Source: Candidatus Poribacteria bacterium (GTDB taxonomy: Bacteria > Poribacteria > WGA-4E > PCPOR2b). Taken from it: a DNA stretch of 64,000 bases. Below the pieces are notes generated by a model that was not told the DNA's origin, made no database searches, and worked only from the letters and a program-made list of their open reading frames with translations. The stretch is taken from contig OZ240245.1 in the NCBI GenBank assembly GCA_965198175.1, positions 480,001 to 544,000 on the forward strand. Direction: 5' to 3'. The position numbers were made by a program, and so were the translations under genes. Shown here piece by piece: positions 10,153 to 20,641 of this stretch (its first letter is position 1; every line of letters starts with the position of its first letter).

Positions 10153-13100
10153 ATGGTCAACCGAATTATCGAAATCTGCATGGCTAATCGCCTCCTCGTC
10201 CTTGTTACATTTGTGTTCTTGACAGCCGCGGGCTGGTGGGCGCTGAATCGAACCCCGATTGATGCAATTCCCGACATCGGCGAAAATCAGGTCATCGTGT
10301 TCGCCGATTGGCCCGGTAGAAGTCCGAGAGACATCGAAGATCAGGTAATCTACCCGCTTGGTATTGCCATGCTTGGCATCCCCGATGTCAAAGATGTCCG
10401 ATCTTCCTCAATGTTCAGTTTCGGTTACATCAACATCATTTTCAAAGAGAACGTGGACTTCTATTGGGCGAGAACCCGCGTACTCGAACGGATGAATCTC
10501 GCGCAGAAGGACATGCCCGAAGGGGTCGTGCCGGTGCTGGGACCGGACGCAACCGGTATCAGTCAGGTGTTCTGGTACACCGTCGAAAACGGCTATTACT
10601 GTTCTGACCATCCGACAGAACGGTACGATCAATCCGGAAAGTGCCCCGTAGATGGAGAGCCGCTGGTTGCCTCAAGGCTTGACTTGCATGAACTCCGCAC
10701 TTTACAGGACTGGACGATTCGGTACTATCTCGCATCAGCCGACGGGGTATCGGAAGTCGCATCCGTCGGGGGTACCGTCAAACAGTATCAGGTTGATGTT
10801 GATCCGAACCTGCTTTTGGCGTACAACGTGCCGCTTTCGATGGTCTATAACGCGGTTCGTGAAAGCAACGTCGATGTCGGCGCGAAGGTAGTTGAGGAAG
10901 GTGGGATGGAGTTCCTTATTCGGGGCTTAGGGTTCATAAAAAGCATTGAGGATATCGAAGACATTGTGGTCAAGGCGCACGATGGTGTGCCGGTGTACGT
11001 CAAGAACTTAGGCACTGTGACGGAAGGCCCCGACTTCCGCCGTGGCGCATTGGACAAAGCGGGCGTTCCAGCGACCGGTGGAGTGGTGCTGATGCGTTAC
11101 GGCGATAATCCGTTGCGTGTTATCGAAAATGTGAAAGCGAAGATTGCTGAACTTGAACCCGGTCTGCCGCCGGGGGTTCGCATCGTTCCCTTCTATGACC
11201 GAAGTCATCTGATTCACCGCGCGACAGGAACACTAAAAGACACGCTCATTGATGAAATCATCGTCGCGGCTGTTGTCATTGTCTTCTTCTTAGGTCAGGT
11301 GACCAACAGCCTGATTATCGCGCTGGTATTGCCGTTGGGTGTGCTACTCTCGTTTTTAGGCATGAAGCTCGTCGGCTTGCCGTCGAATATCATGTCAATG
11401 GGCGGGATGGCGATTGCTATCGGCGTTATGGTGGATGCGGGCATCGTCATGACGGAAAACATCACCCGTCTGCTGCGGGAACCGCATGAAGGCGAGAGCA
11501 AACTGGAGGTCGCAACTCGCGCCGCAAAGGAGGTCGGACCGGCAATATTCTTCGCTATGCTAATCATCATCGTCGCGTTTATCCCTGTATTTTCGTTGAC
11601 GGGACAGGCGGGCAAATTGTTCAAGCCGTTGGCGTTTACCAAAACCTTCGCGATGCTCGGCGCGGCGATTGTCGCGATCAGCCTGGTTCCGGTACTGGCG
11701 TCGTTGCTGATTTCTGATCCAACGCGCCGCCCCAATATTTTCGGTCGAACTCTTTCAATCTTCGGTTTGCCTCTGAGAAAATTCGCCGACGGTATCACGT
11801 GGGTCCTGAAAACCATGTACGGTCCAATCATTCGATTTGCTGTCAAGAACGTCTTTACCAAACTGGCTGTGGTCGGTTTGGCGGCGGCGATTTCGATCGT
11901 CAGTATTCCGCTGACCCCCTTCTACAAAAATATCGGGCAGGAGTTCATGCCGCCACTCAACGAGGGCGATTTGCTGTTCATGCCGGTGCTGTTGCCCGGT
12001 GCGTCGATTACGCAAGCCAAAGATGTGATGGCAAAGCAAGACATGATAATGAACCGTTTCCCCGAGGTTTCGATGGTGGTGGGCAAACTCGGCAGAGCGA
12101 CAACCGCAACCGATCCCGCTCCAATTGGGATGTTTGAAACTATCGTCAACATCATTGACCCTTCTACGTGGCCACGGCGTGCCGTCAAAACAGATGCCAC
12201 AGCGAGACTGGTTTCCGACATTGCCGAACGACTTCTGAGTGCCGAAATTCTGAGCAACGAGCATGCGGGGCATTTTAGTGCAGATGTTACGGCGCGCATC
12301 GCCGCTGATGCGGCGGCACGGATTGATGAAATGGCGACAGAGTATCACAATCCCTATATCACAATTGAAGAGCGTGAGAAGCTGTACCGAATTTGGTTGT
12401 TACGGGTGATTATGGAGAAACTTCTCACGCAGATGGACGAATCTAGTCAACTGGGTGATAGCGCATCAGAAAGCCAACTTCACGCACTCGCCTCCGAGAT
12501 TGAACCCACGCTTGAGCACAACACCTACTTTCGCACAAAAACACGCGCCGAACTAATTAACGATCTTACCGAATCGTGCCGAATGCCCGGCGTTTCTCCA
12601 ATTATGACCCAGCCGATTCGCAACCGCATCGACATGTTGGCGACAGGTATTCAGACGCCGATTGGTATCAAGGTGTTCGGAACAAATCTGGCAAAGATTG
12701 AGGAAATTGCGGTTCGCATTGAGCAGGAATTGCTCAAACTTCCCGGTGCCGTAGGACCGTATGCCGAGCGGATTGGCAACAAACCGTACCTTGAACTTCA
12801 TATCGATCGGAAAGAGGCAGCGCGCTACGGGATTGAGATTGGGGCGGTGCAACAGATTATCATGACCGCGATTGGTGGCATGAACCTCACAACGACAGTC
12901 GAAGGGCGGGAGCGCTTTCCCGTTCGGATTCGCTATAAACGAGAATTGCGTGACAACGTCGAAGCGTTGAAACGGGTGCTGGTTCCAACACCCAAAGGCA
13001 TACAGATCCCGCTTGGGCAATTGGTCAGAATCGAGCGCCGCCCGGGACCAGCGAAAATCTCATCTGAAAACACGCTGTTGTTTTCCCGGGTGTTCTGCGA

Positions 13101-13806
13101 TGTGGATGCCGATGTCATCGGGCTGGTCAACTTCGTGGAGATAGCGCAGAAGACACTCGACGAGAAAATCAAACCGACATTACCACAGGGATATTTCTAT
13201 TCGTTCAGTGGGCAGTACGAAGCGGAGTTGGAAGCCCGTTCCCGGTTACTGGTTGTTGTTCCGGCTTGCATCGCGGTGATTTTCATGCTGCTTTATATCA
13301 AGTTCCGTTCGCCGTCCGCAATGCTGGCGATTTTCCTCGCGCTTCCGTTCGCTTTTATCGGAGGTATGTGGATGCAGTGGCTGATGCAGTATGTGCCCCC
13401 CGCGCTAGGCGGCGGCTATGCGATTAAGTACAGCACCGCCGTGTGGGTCGGATATATCGCCCTTTTTGGTGTCGCTGTCGAAGATGGGATTGTGTTGATG
13501 GAATACCTGCTTGAACGGGTACGACGGGGCGAACCGGTCAAGGAAGCCGCCGTCAACGCGGGATTGTTGCGTGTGCGTCCCATCATCATGACGACCGCTA
13601 CGACGGTGCTTGCACTCGCGCCGATTATGCTGTATGAAATCAGCACCAACACTGGGGCAGAGTTGATGAAACCGATTGCCGTGCCGACGTTCGGCGGGAT
13701 GATCACTGCGACGGCTGCCAACCTGATTTTAGCTCCCGTTCTGTTTTCACTGTTTTATCGCGTCGAAAGTTGGCGTCCGAAAACGAGCCTGTTATTTTCT
13801 TCTTGA
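10153..13806 (+). CDS. cusA: CusA/CzcA-family heavy-metal RND permease, Cu(I)/Ag(I) type
   Basis: PIDAIPDI, GPDATG, AIAIGVMVDA, LRVRPIIMT; methionine triad LLFMP, PIGMFET, RIDMLATG. Confidence 0.93.
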   Translation: MVNRIIEICMANRLLVLVTFVFLTAAGWWALNRTPIDAIPDIGENQVIVFADWPGRSPRDIEDQVIYPLGIAMLGIPDVKDVRSSSMFSFGYINIIFKENVDFYWARTRVLERMNLAQKDMPEGVVPVLGPDATGISQVFWYTVENGYYCSDHPTERYDQSGKCPVDGEPLVASRLDLHELRTLQDWTIRYYLASADGVSEVASVGGTVKQYQVDVDPNLLLAYNVPLSMVYNAVRESNVDVGAKVVEEGGMEFLIRGLGFIKSIEDIEDIVVKAHDGVPVYVKNLGTVTEGPDFRRGALDKAGVPATGGVVLMRYGDNPLRVIENVKAKIAELEPGLPPGVRIVPFYDRSHLIHRATGTLKDTLIDEIIVAAVVIVFFLGQVTNSLIIALVLPLGVLLSFLGMKLVGLPSNIMSMGGMAIAIGVMVDAGIVMTENITRLLREPHEGESKLEVATRAAKEVGPAIFFAMLIIIVAFIPVFSLTGQAGKLFKPLAFTKTFAMLGAAIVAISLVPVLASLLISDPTRRPNIFGRTLSIFGLPLRKFADGITWVLKTMYGPIIRFAVKNVFTKLAVVGLAAAISIVSIPLTPFYKNIGQEFMPPLNEGDLLFMPVLLPGASITQAKDVMAKQDMIMNRFPEVSMVVGKLGRATTATDPAPIGMFETIVNIIDPSTWPRRAVKTDATARLVSDIAERLLSAEILSNEHAGHFSADVTARIAADAAARIDEMATEYHNPYITIEEREKLYRIWLLRVIMEKLLTQMDESSQLGDSASESQLHALASEIEPTLEHNTYFRTKTRAELINDLTESCRMPGVSPIMTQPIRNRIDMLATGIQTPIGIKVFGTNLAKIEEIAVRIEQELLKLPGAVGPYAERIGNKPYLELHIDRKEAARYGIEIGAVQQIIMTAIGGMNLTTTVEGRERFPVRIRYKRELRDNVEALKRVLVPTPKGIQIPLGQLVRIERRPGPAKISSENTLLFSRVFCDVDADVIGLVNFVEIAQKTLDEKIKPTLPQGYFYSFSGQYEAELEARSRLLVVVPACIAVIFMLLYIKFRSPSAMLAIFLALPFAFIGGMWMQWLMQYVPPALGGGYAIKYSTAVWVGYIALFGVAVEDGIVLMEYLLERVRRGEPVKEAAVNAGLLRVRPIIMTTATTVLALAPIMLYEISTNTGAELMKPIAVPTFGGMITATAANLILAPVLFSLFYRVESWRPKTSLLFSS

Positions 13807-13928
13807 GAATTTACTCGAGATTGTCTATCATTCCTGAAAAGGAAATACCGTCGCACAGACTGTCAGAAGGGGTCGCTCTTTCCTACTATTCTCATGACGA
13901 CATGTGAAATGGAGAAGTCGCCCGTTTT

Positions 13929-15329
13929 ATGAACGAAAACTCTGACCAGAGGAGTATAAAACGAATGAGACATCATTTAACCTCCAGAGTTTTTGCCGTC
14001 AAACTGTTGCGTATCGGTTTCGTATATCTCATATCAATCTCCCTTTGCGCTGCACAGGAAACAGGACAAGAAAGCGCTGCCGAACTTATGGCCAAACTTT
14101 TTTCTGACAAAGAAGAGATATGGCGTTCTGCTGTCCAAGCTGTTGCTCGGCTAGAGGATAATGTCGTTCTAACCTTGGCTGAAGAAGCAAGAAAGAAACC
14201 GGAACGTTCCTACAGAGTGGAGGTAATCTTTGAAAACCTCACGAGTGCAGCGGCAAAAAGAGAACTGATTGCCCTTCTCGACGATAAAGATGAGCGAATT
14301 TGCAAGATAGCGGCTCGTGGCTTGATGAAGCGTGGTGAGAGCTCTGTCGCCCCAGCATTGACGAAAGCGATGAAACGGGTTCAGGATAGTTTCGTACGTT
14401 GGAACATCGCCTGTGCATTATGGGAAGTCGGGCCGAATGACCAATCTGCTGAAGCAATTTTAAACGTCGCCAGAAAATACAAAGGACAAGTCAAGGACGA
14501 ATTGTTTATGATTGTAGATAATCCGGTTGGTCGCAGACATATGACCGAAGAGGAAAGGTTAAACTTTTTGCTTAATTACAAATTGGGGATAATCGCTGGG
14601 GGTTCTAATGCACTGGAGATTAGCCTGAACCCCCGGGAAGAATTTGAACGGAAACTCTTGTCGGAGGCTGATCGGCTTTTCTCGGAGAAACACCGGACTC
14701 AGGTGGTTGATATTATGCTTGTTCGACTGTGCGATAGAGGTTCAACGGTGGCGGCTTTGCTACTCGGCACCTTTAAGGAACCCAAGGCACTTCCATACCT
14801 TCAAAAGTGGTTCATTGAATCTGACATCTACTATGGGTGGGAAGGCAATTGGAATGAACTGGACTACTATCAATTCCCTGACCGCCATTGCTATGAGGAA
14901 GCCATCAAGCACATCACGGGAAAGCCGATTAACGAGGTCATCAAGTTGACGGAGAAACAGGTGACGCAACTGGTCCAACGATACCGTCAAGCAAAGTCGT
15001 ACAATGGTGAATCTGAACTCTACGTGTTGTTTCGGTTAAAACCGCATATTGCTCGCGAGGAAGCGACTCGGAAATTCAGGAATTTAACGAATGAGGAGCG
15101 TTTTAGATTTTCTCACTTGATGGAAGATCTCTTGCCAAAGGGACTTTTGCAAACTGAAGTCCGTAGGTTATTGGGAAAACCGGACAAAATTCAGGAGTCA
15201 TCATGGTTTTACGACTGTGGAAATAGCCCAATTGACGTTCCCTATGTTTTGGCTATTACTTTTGATAATGATAGGGTTACAAAAATAGACGTTATAGAAA
15301 TAGACCGTGGGCCACACAAAGATGAGTAG
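13929..15329 (+). CDS. Exported HEAT-repeat protein
   Basis: Hydrophobic signal; LIALLDDKDERICKIAARGL and VRWNIACALWEVG HEAT-like repeats; C-terminal EVRRLLGKPD; start uncertain. Confidence 0.6.
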   Translation: MNENSDQRSIKRMRHHLTSRVFAVKLLRIGFVYLISISLCAAQETGQESAAELMAKLFSDKEEIWRSAVQAVARLEDNVVLTLAEEARKKPERSYRVEVIFENLTSAAAKRELIALLDDKDERICKIAARGLMKRGESSVAPALTKAMKRVQDSFVRWNIACALWEVGPNDQSAEAILNVARKYKGQVKDELFMIVDNPVGRRHMTEEERLNFLLNYKLGIIAGGSNALEISLNPREEFERKLLSEADRLFSEKHRTQVVDIMLVRLCDRGSTVAALLLGTFKEPKALPYLQKWFIESDIYYGWEGNWNELDYYQFPDRHCYEEAIKHITGKPINEVIKLTEKQVTQLVQRYRQAKSYNGESELYVLFRLKPHIAREEATRKFRNLTNEERFRFSHLMEDLLPKGLLQTEVRRLLGKPDKIQESSWFYDCGNSPIDVPYVLAITFDNDRVTKIDVIEIDRGPHKDE

Positions 15330-15531
15330 AAATAACAGCGCATTTGAAAGGCGAAATATCCGATCAAACCATTGAGCATCCAGCACCCCGGTAGAGCGAG
15401 GGAATAGGCAAATTTCCGGCTGGGCGAATTGACTCACAACGCAAAAGAGAAAAAGGGGATTGGAAGAAAGGGAAGCGTGAAAGCAATCTTGCAACCTTCC
15501 ATTCACCATCTCACGTTTTTTGGAGGATGTT

Positions 15532-16149
15532 ATGAAACTGAAAAGGATGTGCGGTCTTGCGCTTCTTACAGGATTGCTTTTAATGCCCAGATCCGGAATC
15601 GCAATTGAACTTGATCGAAATCAGCACGTCACCAATCGCGTGATCCTAACTATGGGGGGAGGAATCACGATTTTTGACAAAGAACTCGAATCCGATTTCA
15701 CGCAAGAAATTACGCTGGGAGCACAGTTAATTCCCAATGTCCTGCACCTCACAGTGCCCCTTAGCTATTATAGAGTTGATACCCTTGGCGGTATTGACGA
15801 TGTCCTGCCGCTCGGTACACTCAGCGTCAACGCAGTCGGGCTTGCACTGACTTTGGTGACACCGGGGCGATGGTCACCCTTTGTTGGAGTTGGTGGCAAT
15901 TTCTACTCGTTCGGCGAAAATTTTGGAACGCCCGTGAACATTCAGAATACATTTGGGATGGAAGGTTGTGGCGGCTTGCGAATCCGTCTGATTGAAAATA
16001 TTTTAGACGCAGCAAAACTCCACGGCGTGATAGGCTATCAATTTAGCCGATTGAAACCGGGCATCAGTATGCCGAACAAACCGGAGATTGATGCCCTGTC
16101 CCTGAATCGTCATTATGTGGTGTTTCGGTTGGAACTGTCCGGCTTGTAG
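15532..16149 (+). CDS. Small outer-membrane beta-barrel-like protein
   Basis: GGAGG SD, signal peptide, alternating beta-strands, WSPFVGVGGNFY. Confidence 0.6.
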   Translation: MKLKRMCGLALLTGLLLMPRSGIAIELDRNQHVTNRVILTMGGGITIFDKELESDFTQEITLGAQLIPNVLHLTVPLSYYRVDTLGGIDDVLPLGTLSVNAVGLALTLVTPGRWSPFVGVGGNFYSFGENFGTPVNIQNTFGMEGCGGLRIRLIENILDAAKLHGVIGYQFSRLKPGISMPNKPEIDALSLNRHYVVFRLELSGL

Positions 16150-16357
16150 CTTACCGATATAGATTAGGTGTTTTCGCATCGCTATCTACTTTGATTCAAC
16201 CTCCTCAAACTTTTCCTTGACGCATTTGTCTGATTTGTCTAATATAGGGACAATGTTCGCATACACGCCGTGTGATCGAATTTCCTACGCATGAATTCTC
16301 TGTGAAGCTTCCAGCATCAGACAGATGTAAATCAAGTGAAATAGAGGGGGATTTTTT

Positions 16358-18598
16358 ATGCCTCAATTTTGGATATCAATTCACGTCCCACCGCAGTTGG
16401 CTCAGCGAAGTGGAAAACACTTTCTCCTGCTGTGGCTGCTGTTATGTCCGCTCATTGCGAGCGCACAACCAGAACCGATGCAACCTCGCACTTCAGCCTA
16501 CCGAATTTCCCGGAACATCAAGATTGACGGGTACCTTGATGAACCGGCGTGGCAAAACGCACAGCCAATCAAGCGATTTCTCCAAATTCAACCGAACCAA
16601 GGGGAACCGATGACGCAGCCATCGGAAGTGCGGATTCTTTATGATGAGAAGAATCTCTATTTTGGGTTTACCTATTTTGACTCGGAGATTGAAAAACTCG
16701 TTGCTAATGAGATGCGTCGGGATTCTGATGGTCTTCGTTCCAACGACTACGGTTTTCTGCTTTTGGATACCTACAACGATCGGCGAAACGCGGTTTTCTT
16801 CCGTTTCAACCCGTTGGGCGGGATGGAAGACACGGCGGTGTCGAACAGCGGCGATAGCCTGAATGGGAGCTGGGATATGGTTTGGGAGTGTCGCAGCAAA
16901 ATCAGTGTGGACCGCTGGACATCGGAGATTGCTATCCCGTTCAGTCAACTCCGCTTTAAACGAAGCGACGTGATGACATGGGGGTTGAACTTCGGACGGG
17001 AAATCGCGCGGAACCAAGAGATTGGTGCGTGGAATCCGGCGCCGAAGACGTATGGCCCGCTGGGAAAGTACCGCACCGCCTATTTCGGCAGTCTCGTTGG
17101 TTTGGAGGGTATCTCTCCGTCGCGGCATCTGGAGTTGCTGCCTTATGTGTTGTCGGGTGCAAGTCGCGTCGCAGCAGAGGGGGAGACGGATATGGTGTTT
17201 GAGGGCGGCTTGGACCTGAAGTACGGGGTAACCCCGAATCTGACTGCCGATTTGACCATTAACACTGACTTCGCCCATGTCGAAACCGACCAAGAGCAGG
17301 TCAACCTCACCCGCTTCGATCTCTTTTTCCCTGAGCAGCGTCCGTTTTTCTTGGAAGGGGCTAGTATCTTCGATGTCGGGATTCCGCGTCCCAGTTTCCA
17401 TCGCCCGCCGCCCTTGTTACTCTTTTACAGCCGTCGCATCGGCCTTGCCGGTGAACTCGCGATTCCGATACTCGCCGGGGGAAAGATGACCGGGAAAGTC
17501 GGAGCCTACAATATCGGGTTTCTGAACGTGTTGACGGACGAGTTTAAGGATGACGAGTCTCGCACGGGTCAGAGTTGGGTCGATGAACCGCGCACAAACT
17601 ACTCGGTAATGCGCGTGACCCGGGACATCTTTAGCGGGTCATCCGTCGGTGTAATCACCATCAATAAGCAGGATGCTGACGTATACAACCGCACGGCGGG
17701 ACTTGATTTTTCGTATCGCCCGGAGCGGGATATCAACATCCGTGGGCTTTGGGCGCGCACGTTTGAAGAAGATGTCTCCGAGCAGAGCGACGCCGTCTAC
17801 TTTGGGGGCGATTGGCGAACTAATCTGTTTCAACTCGACGGGTCCTACACAGACATCGGCGAGCGCTTTAATCCTGAAGTTGGATTCGTACAACGCAGTG
17901 GTGTCCGCCGCTTTCGTGGGGACGCTCGCTATACGCCGTGGCCGCGGGCATACGGCATTCGCCGTATTGCGATTGGACCGGAGTTTGACCTGGTTCTCAA
18001 TCGGGATGGCGAATTAGAGACTCAAGAGATAACCTTCGACACCCGATTTGCACTTGAAACGGGCGATTGGATTAGCTTCCAGGTCCAGAACACGACAGAG
18101 CATCTGGGCGAAGCGTTTCCGATTCAAGGAGTCATCATCCCGGTCGGTGAATACAATTTTACGTCATTTGAGACATCAATCTGGACCAGTAACAGCCGGA
18201 AGATTTTTGGGGAACTACAGGTTCAACTCGGCGAATACTATAACGGCGACAGACGTGGTTTTCGGATTGAGGCGGCTGTCAAGCCGAGTATGCGGCTCAG
18301 TATAGAGCCGCTGGTTGAGCTCAACCGCATCACATTCCCTAATAATAAGGCGTTCAATGCCAACGTTTTCGGGGGGCGTGTGGGCTACTCCTTTTCGACA
18401 ACGCTCTTTACCAAGTTGTTTGCACAATGGAGTAGCGAAAAGGACGCAATCACCACCAATTTTTTGATTAACTACATCTACCGTCCGGGCAGCGATTTTT
18501 ACTTGGTTTTCAACCAGAACTACGATACCCGCGGCGGCGGGGCGGATCTCCTCGACTGGACGCTCGTTGCGAAGCTGACGTATTGGTGGAATCCGTAA
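16358..18598 (+). CDS. CBM9-like/DUF5916 outer-membrane protein
   Basis: IDGYLDEPAW, EIAIPFSQLRF, DLTINTDFAHVETD, FFPEQRPFFLEG, YRPGSDFYLVFN, C-terminal KLTYWWNP. Confidence 0.85.
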   Translation: MPQFWISIHVPPQLAQRSGKHFLLLWLLLCPLIASAQPEPMQPRTSAYRISRNIKIDGYLDEPAWQNAQPIKRFLQIQPNQGEPMTQPSEVRILYDEKNLYFGFTYFDSEIEKLVANEMRRDSDGLRSNDYGFLLLDTYNDRRNAVFFRFNPLGGMEDTAVSNSGDSLNGSWDMVWECRSKISVDRWTSEIAIPFSQLRFKRSDVMTWGLNFGREIARNQEIGAWNPAPKTYGPLGKYRTAYFGSLVGLEGISPSRHLELLPYVLSGASRVAAEGETDMVFEGGLDLKYGVTPNLTADLTINTDFAHVETDQEQVNLTRFDLFFPEQRPFFLEGASIFDVGIPRPSFHRPPPLLLFYSRRIGLAGELAIPILAGGKMTGKVGAYNIGFLNVLTDEFKDDESRTGQSWVDEPRTNYSVMRVTRDIFSGSSVGVITINKQDADVYNRTAGLDFSYRPERDINIRGLWARTFEEDVSEQSDAVYFGGDWRTNLFQLDGSYTDIGERFNPEVGFVQRSGVRRFRGDARYTPWPRAYGIRRIAIGPEFDLVLNRDGELETQEITFDTRFALETGDWISFQVQNTTEHLGEAFPIQGVIIPVGEYNFTSFETSIWTSNSRKIFGELQVQLGEYYNGDRRGFRIEAAVKPSMRLSIEPLVELNRITFPNNKAFNANVFGGRVGYSFSTTLFTKLFAQWSSEKDAITTNFLINYIYRPGSDFYLVFNQNYDTRGGGADLLDWTLVAKLTYWWNP

Positions 18599-18778
18599 AG
18601 GTACGTGTTCTGCGAAAGGAATCCCCTTAGCGGAGCCATTCCGTGTCGTCCGACATCCCGTACGACTCTGGCTCTGTTTGATGGGTGTATGCCTACCCGC
18701 TCAAATGCATAAAACCCATGCTAGAGAAACCCGAAAAAAGACCAAAACATGCAGCTTTGACTTAAGGAGGCACCTAAT

Positions 18779-20539
18779 ATGAAAGACGTCGTCCGGCTTT
18801 TGTCGTATCTTAAACCGTATTGGCACTTTCAGTTGTTTTATATTTTATCGTCGCTAGGTTCCTCAGGCGCCATTCTCGCTTTCCCGTGGATTCAGAAGAT
18901 TTTGATAGACGATGTCTTTATCGCCCGAAGCGCTGAGTTGCTTCTGCCGACATGTGGACTCTGGATTTTAGCGGCGGCCGGTGGGTTCTTTTTTACACTC
19001 GGGGTTATTTACTTTTCAACGAAGGTTGCTGAAAATGGTTCCAAAGATATTCAGTTGGATGCCTATCACGACCTCCGCAAATTAGGGTTTCGATTTTACG
19101 ACACCCAGCAAACCGGGAAAGTGATGGCAACATTCACATCGGACACGCCAAAAGCCGTCGAGGGCTTTCGTGTGTTCGCGGGCGACTACATAATAAACGG
19201 CATCATGCTGGTTGCTGCCGTCAGCCTCATCACAGCCATCAACTGGCAGTTGTGCCTCTTTACTATGCTGATTGTCGCTGTGAATATCCTTATCCCAATT
19301 TTCTTGGATAAGCCGCTGCGACGAATTGGAGAGGAGGTTCAAGAGCAAAAGGCTTTACTCTCGGGCAGCTTACAGGAGAGCATCGCCGGTTCCCGCGAGC
19401 TGAAAGGATTAGGAAAGGAGTTCTTTGATTTAAAACAGATCCATAAGTCACTTCTGCGGCTTGTAACTCTCAATCTCAAACAGGTAACAATGCAGGGGGT
19501 GGGAAGTATCACCATCGCCTTATACTGGATAGGATGCGCTTTGATATTTCTGATCGGAGGAAGGTATGTCCTGCGCGACGCTATTACGATTGGTGAACTC
19601 TTTGCAGTCACCATGTGGTTTGGCACTGTAAATGAGCCTGTGCAGAATCTCATAAGCCTTCATCTTAGAATCCCATCAATATTGGTTGCTGCTCGTCGGG
19701 TGTTTGGTTTTTTGGATGAACATGAGGAAGAATCCCAAGACGGGAAACCCATCAGCCAGGTCGATGGAGGAGTTCGATTTTCCAAGGTTTCGTTTGCGTA
19801 TAGTGACAACCAAACTGTTTTGAAAGAGGTGAGTTTCCAAGCGGAGCCGGGCGAGACGGTTGCAATCGTTGGACCGAGTGGCGCAGGGAAAAGCACGTTG
19901 ATTAACCTGATTCCACGGTTCTATGAACACCAGCAGGGCGAGATTTTGATAGACTCTACGCCTATCAAGGAGATACAAATCCAATCGTTGCGCACACACA
20001 TGGGCATCGTTTTTCAAGATCCGTACCTGTTTGCAGACACAGTGGAATACAACATCCGCTTGGGTGCGGAAGACCCGGAAGCGGTGTCACACGAGTCGGT
20101 TGTCACCGCCGCAAAGTTGGCAAACGCACACGACTTTATTATGAAAATTCCCGACCAATATAAAAGCAAAGTCGGCGAGAGAGGCATTCGATTATCCGGT
20201 GGAGAACAGCAACGGATAGCTATCGCGCGTGTGTTAATCAGAAATCCGAAGATTCTGATTTTGGATGAGGCAACGTCGTCGCTAGATGCGGCATCCGAGG
20301 CGCTAGTGCAAGATGCGCTCACGCAACTCATGAAAGGACGGACTAGCTTTGTAATTGCGCATCGTCTATCAACAGTCTTGAACGCTGATAAAATCCTCGT
20401 TCTTAGTGATGGGAAACTCGTGGAATCTGGCACACATGCAGAGCTCATTCAACGCGGCGGCATATACAACGCCCTGTTTCAGAAACAGTTTGTCGGGATG
20501 AAGTCAGCCGAAACAACACCCCCGTCAGAGCGAGCTTGA
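18779..20539 (+). CDS. ABC exporter, fused permease/ATPase (MsbA/MdlB-like)
   Basis: Six TM segments, GPSGAGKST, LSGGEQQR, LILDEATS, AHRLST. Confidence 0.95.
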   Translation: MKDVVRLLSYLKPYWHFQLFYILSSLGSSGAILAFPWIQKILIDDVFIARSAELLLPTCGLWILAAAGGFFFTLGVIYFSTKVAENGSKDIQLDAYHDLRKLGFRFYDTQQTGKVMATFTSDTPKAVEGFRVFAGDYIINGIMLVAAVSLITAINWQLCLFTMLIVAVNILIPIFLDKPLRRIGEEVQEQKALLSGSLQESIAGSRELKGLGKEFFDLKQIHKSLLRLVTLNLKQVTMQGVGSITIALYWIGCALIFLIGGRYVLRDAITIGELFAVTMWFGTVNEPVQNLISLHLRIPSILVAARRVFGFLDEHEEESQDGKPISQVDGGVRFSKVSFAYSDNQTVLKEVSFQAEPGETVAIVGPSGAGKSTLINLIPRFYEHQQGEILIDSTPIKEIQIQSLRTHMGIVFQDPYLFADTVEYNIRLGAEDPEAVSHESVVTAAKLANAHDFIMKIPDQYKSKVGERGIRLSGGEQQRIAIARVLIRNPKILILDEATSSLDAASEALVQDALTQLMKGRTSFVIAHRLSTVLNADKILVLSDGKLVESGTHAELIQRGGIYNALFQKQFVGMKSAETTPPSERA

Positions 20540-20641
20540 ATCCGAGGCATCGAACATGCCGTAAATCATTTAGCTTTTGACTAAATAGTCAAATTAGATT
20601 ATGAGGAGTTCGGCTTTTTACTTACAAAGCCTAAATCATTG

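Noticed and set aside
16493..17401. 302-aa antisense ORF and other shadow ORFs
   Set aside because: They lie opposite well-supported genes and have no recognisable motifs
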